From a virus (lineage: Duplodnaviria > Caudoviricetes), in the IMG/VR virus record IMGVR_UViG_3300037755_000581, positions 2,984-66,983 of that record: 64,000 bases of DNA; one strand, written 5' to 3'. The first letter of the stretch is position 1, and every line of letters starts with the position of its first letter. Shown here one piece after another: positions 63,714 through 64,000 of the stretch. The position numbers and the translations under genes are program-made. Below the pieces are notes generated by a model that saw only the letters and a program-made list of their open reading frames with translations, had not been told where the DNA came from and made no database searches.

Positions 63714-64000
63714 GTGACCGAAACAACCTACAAAGAAGTTCTCTCCCTGAAGCGCGTGCGCCTCGCGTCGACACGCGGCCACATCATCATCGTCGACCCG
63801 AACGAGCCGACGCGCATCCCAAAAGCTTTGTTCCTAGAAGCGGCCAAGAACGGCTGCGTCGATTATAATCCGCAGATGATCGAGGCCTTTAAGCAGGCGA
63901 TGGCAAATGCCGCCGCCGCCGAGGCCTCCGGCGCGCCCAGCAAGAAGGAAAGCGTCGACCTGATGAGGGTCGCGAGGGACGCGGTTCGCCAGGTGATGCT
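63714..64000 (+). CDS. Hypothetical protein, 3'-truncated
   Basis: GTG after AAAGGA; open to the window end (MTETTYKEVLSLKRVRL...). Confidence 0.6.
   Translation, partial: MTETTYKEVLSLKRVRLASTRGHIIIVDPNEPTRIPKALFLEAAKNGCVDYNPQMIEAFKQAMANAAAAEASGAPSKKESVDLMRVARDAVRQVM

Overview
This window is a 64-kb slice of a GC-rich tailed bacteriophage genome with podovirus-like organisation and a temperate toolkit; no host genes are visible. It starts inside a tail gene and ends inside a gene just after the capsid genes, so a few head-tail genes probably lie outside it. The + strand late block runs from 50757 to the end (HNH genes, small accessory and membrane genes, terminase, portal, scaffold, major capsid, decoration protein) and presumably resumes at 1-17359 (tail nozzle, fibre, ejection proteins, dispersed lysis cassette). 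The - strand block (50497 down to 17549) carries many small early genes, primase-helicase, a Cas4-like nuclease, an SNF2 helicase, a probable SSB, nucleotide enzymes, a family A DNA polymerase (Leu762 type), excisionase and a tyrosine integrase. The two blocks converge at an intact attP made of the 3' part of a tRNA-Lys(UUU), so this is the non-integrated form. Spanins and lipoproteins imply a Gram-negative host (inference). The most unusual signals are non-coding: (i) an 8-bp-periodic, doubly palindromic motif (C/G)ACTNAGT in arrays across the genome that also forms the ribosome-binding site of nine early genes; (ii) three structured RNA candidates in the early operon, namely two CCA-ending tRNA mimics without a normal anticodon arm and a ~240-nt pseudoknotted element, in a phage with integrase but no recognisable repressor in the window; (iii) a perfect 46-bp palindrome, a 34-bp perfect inverted repeat element and a three-copy operator-like palindrome. 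All family assignments come from motif recognition by eye; no searches or folding programs were run.
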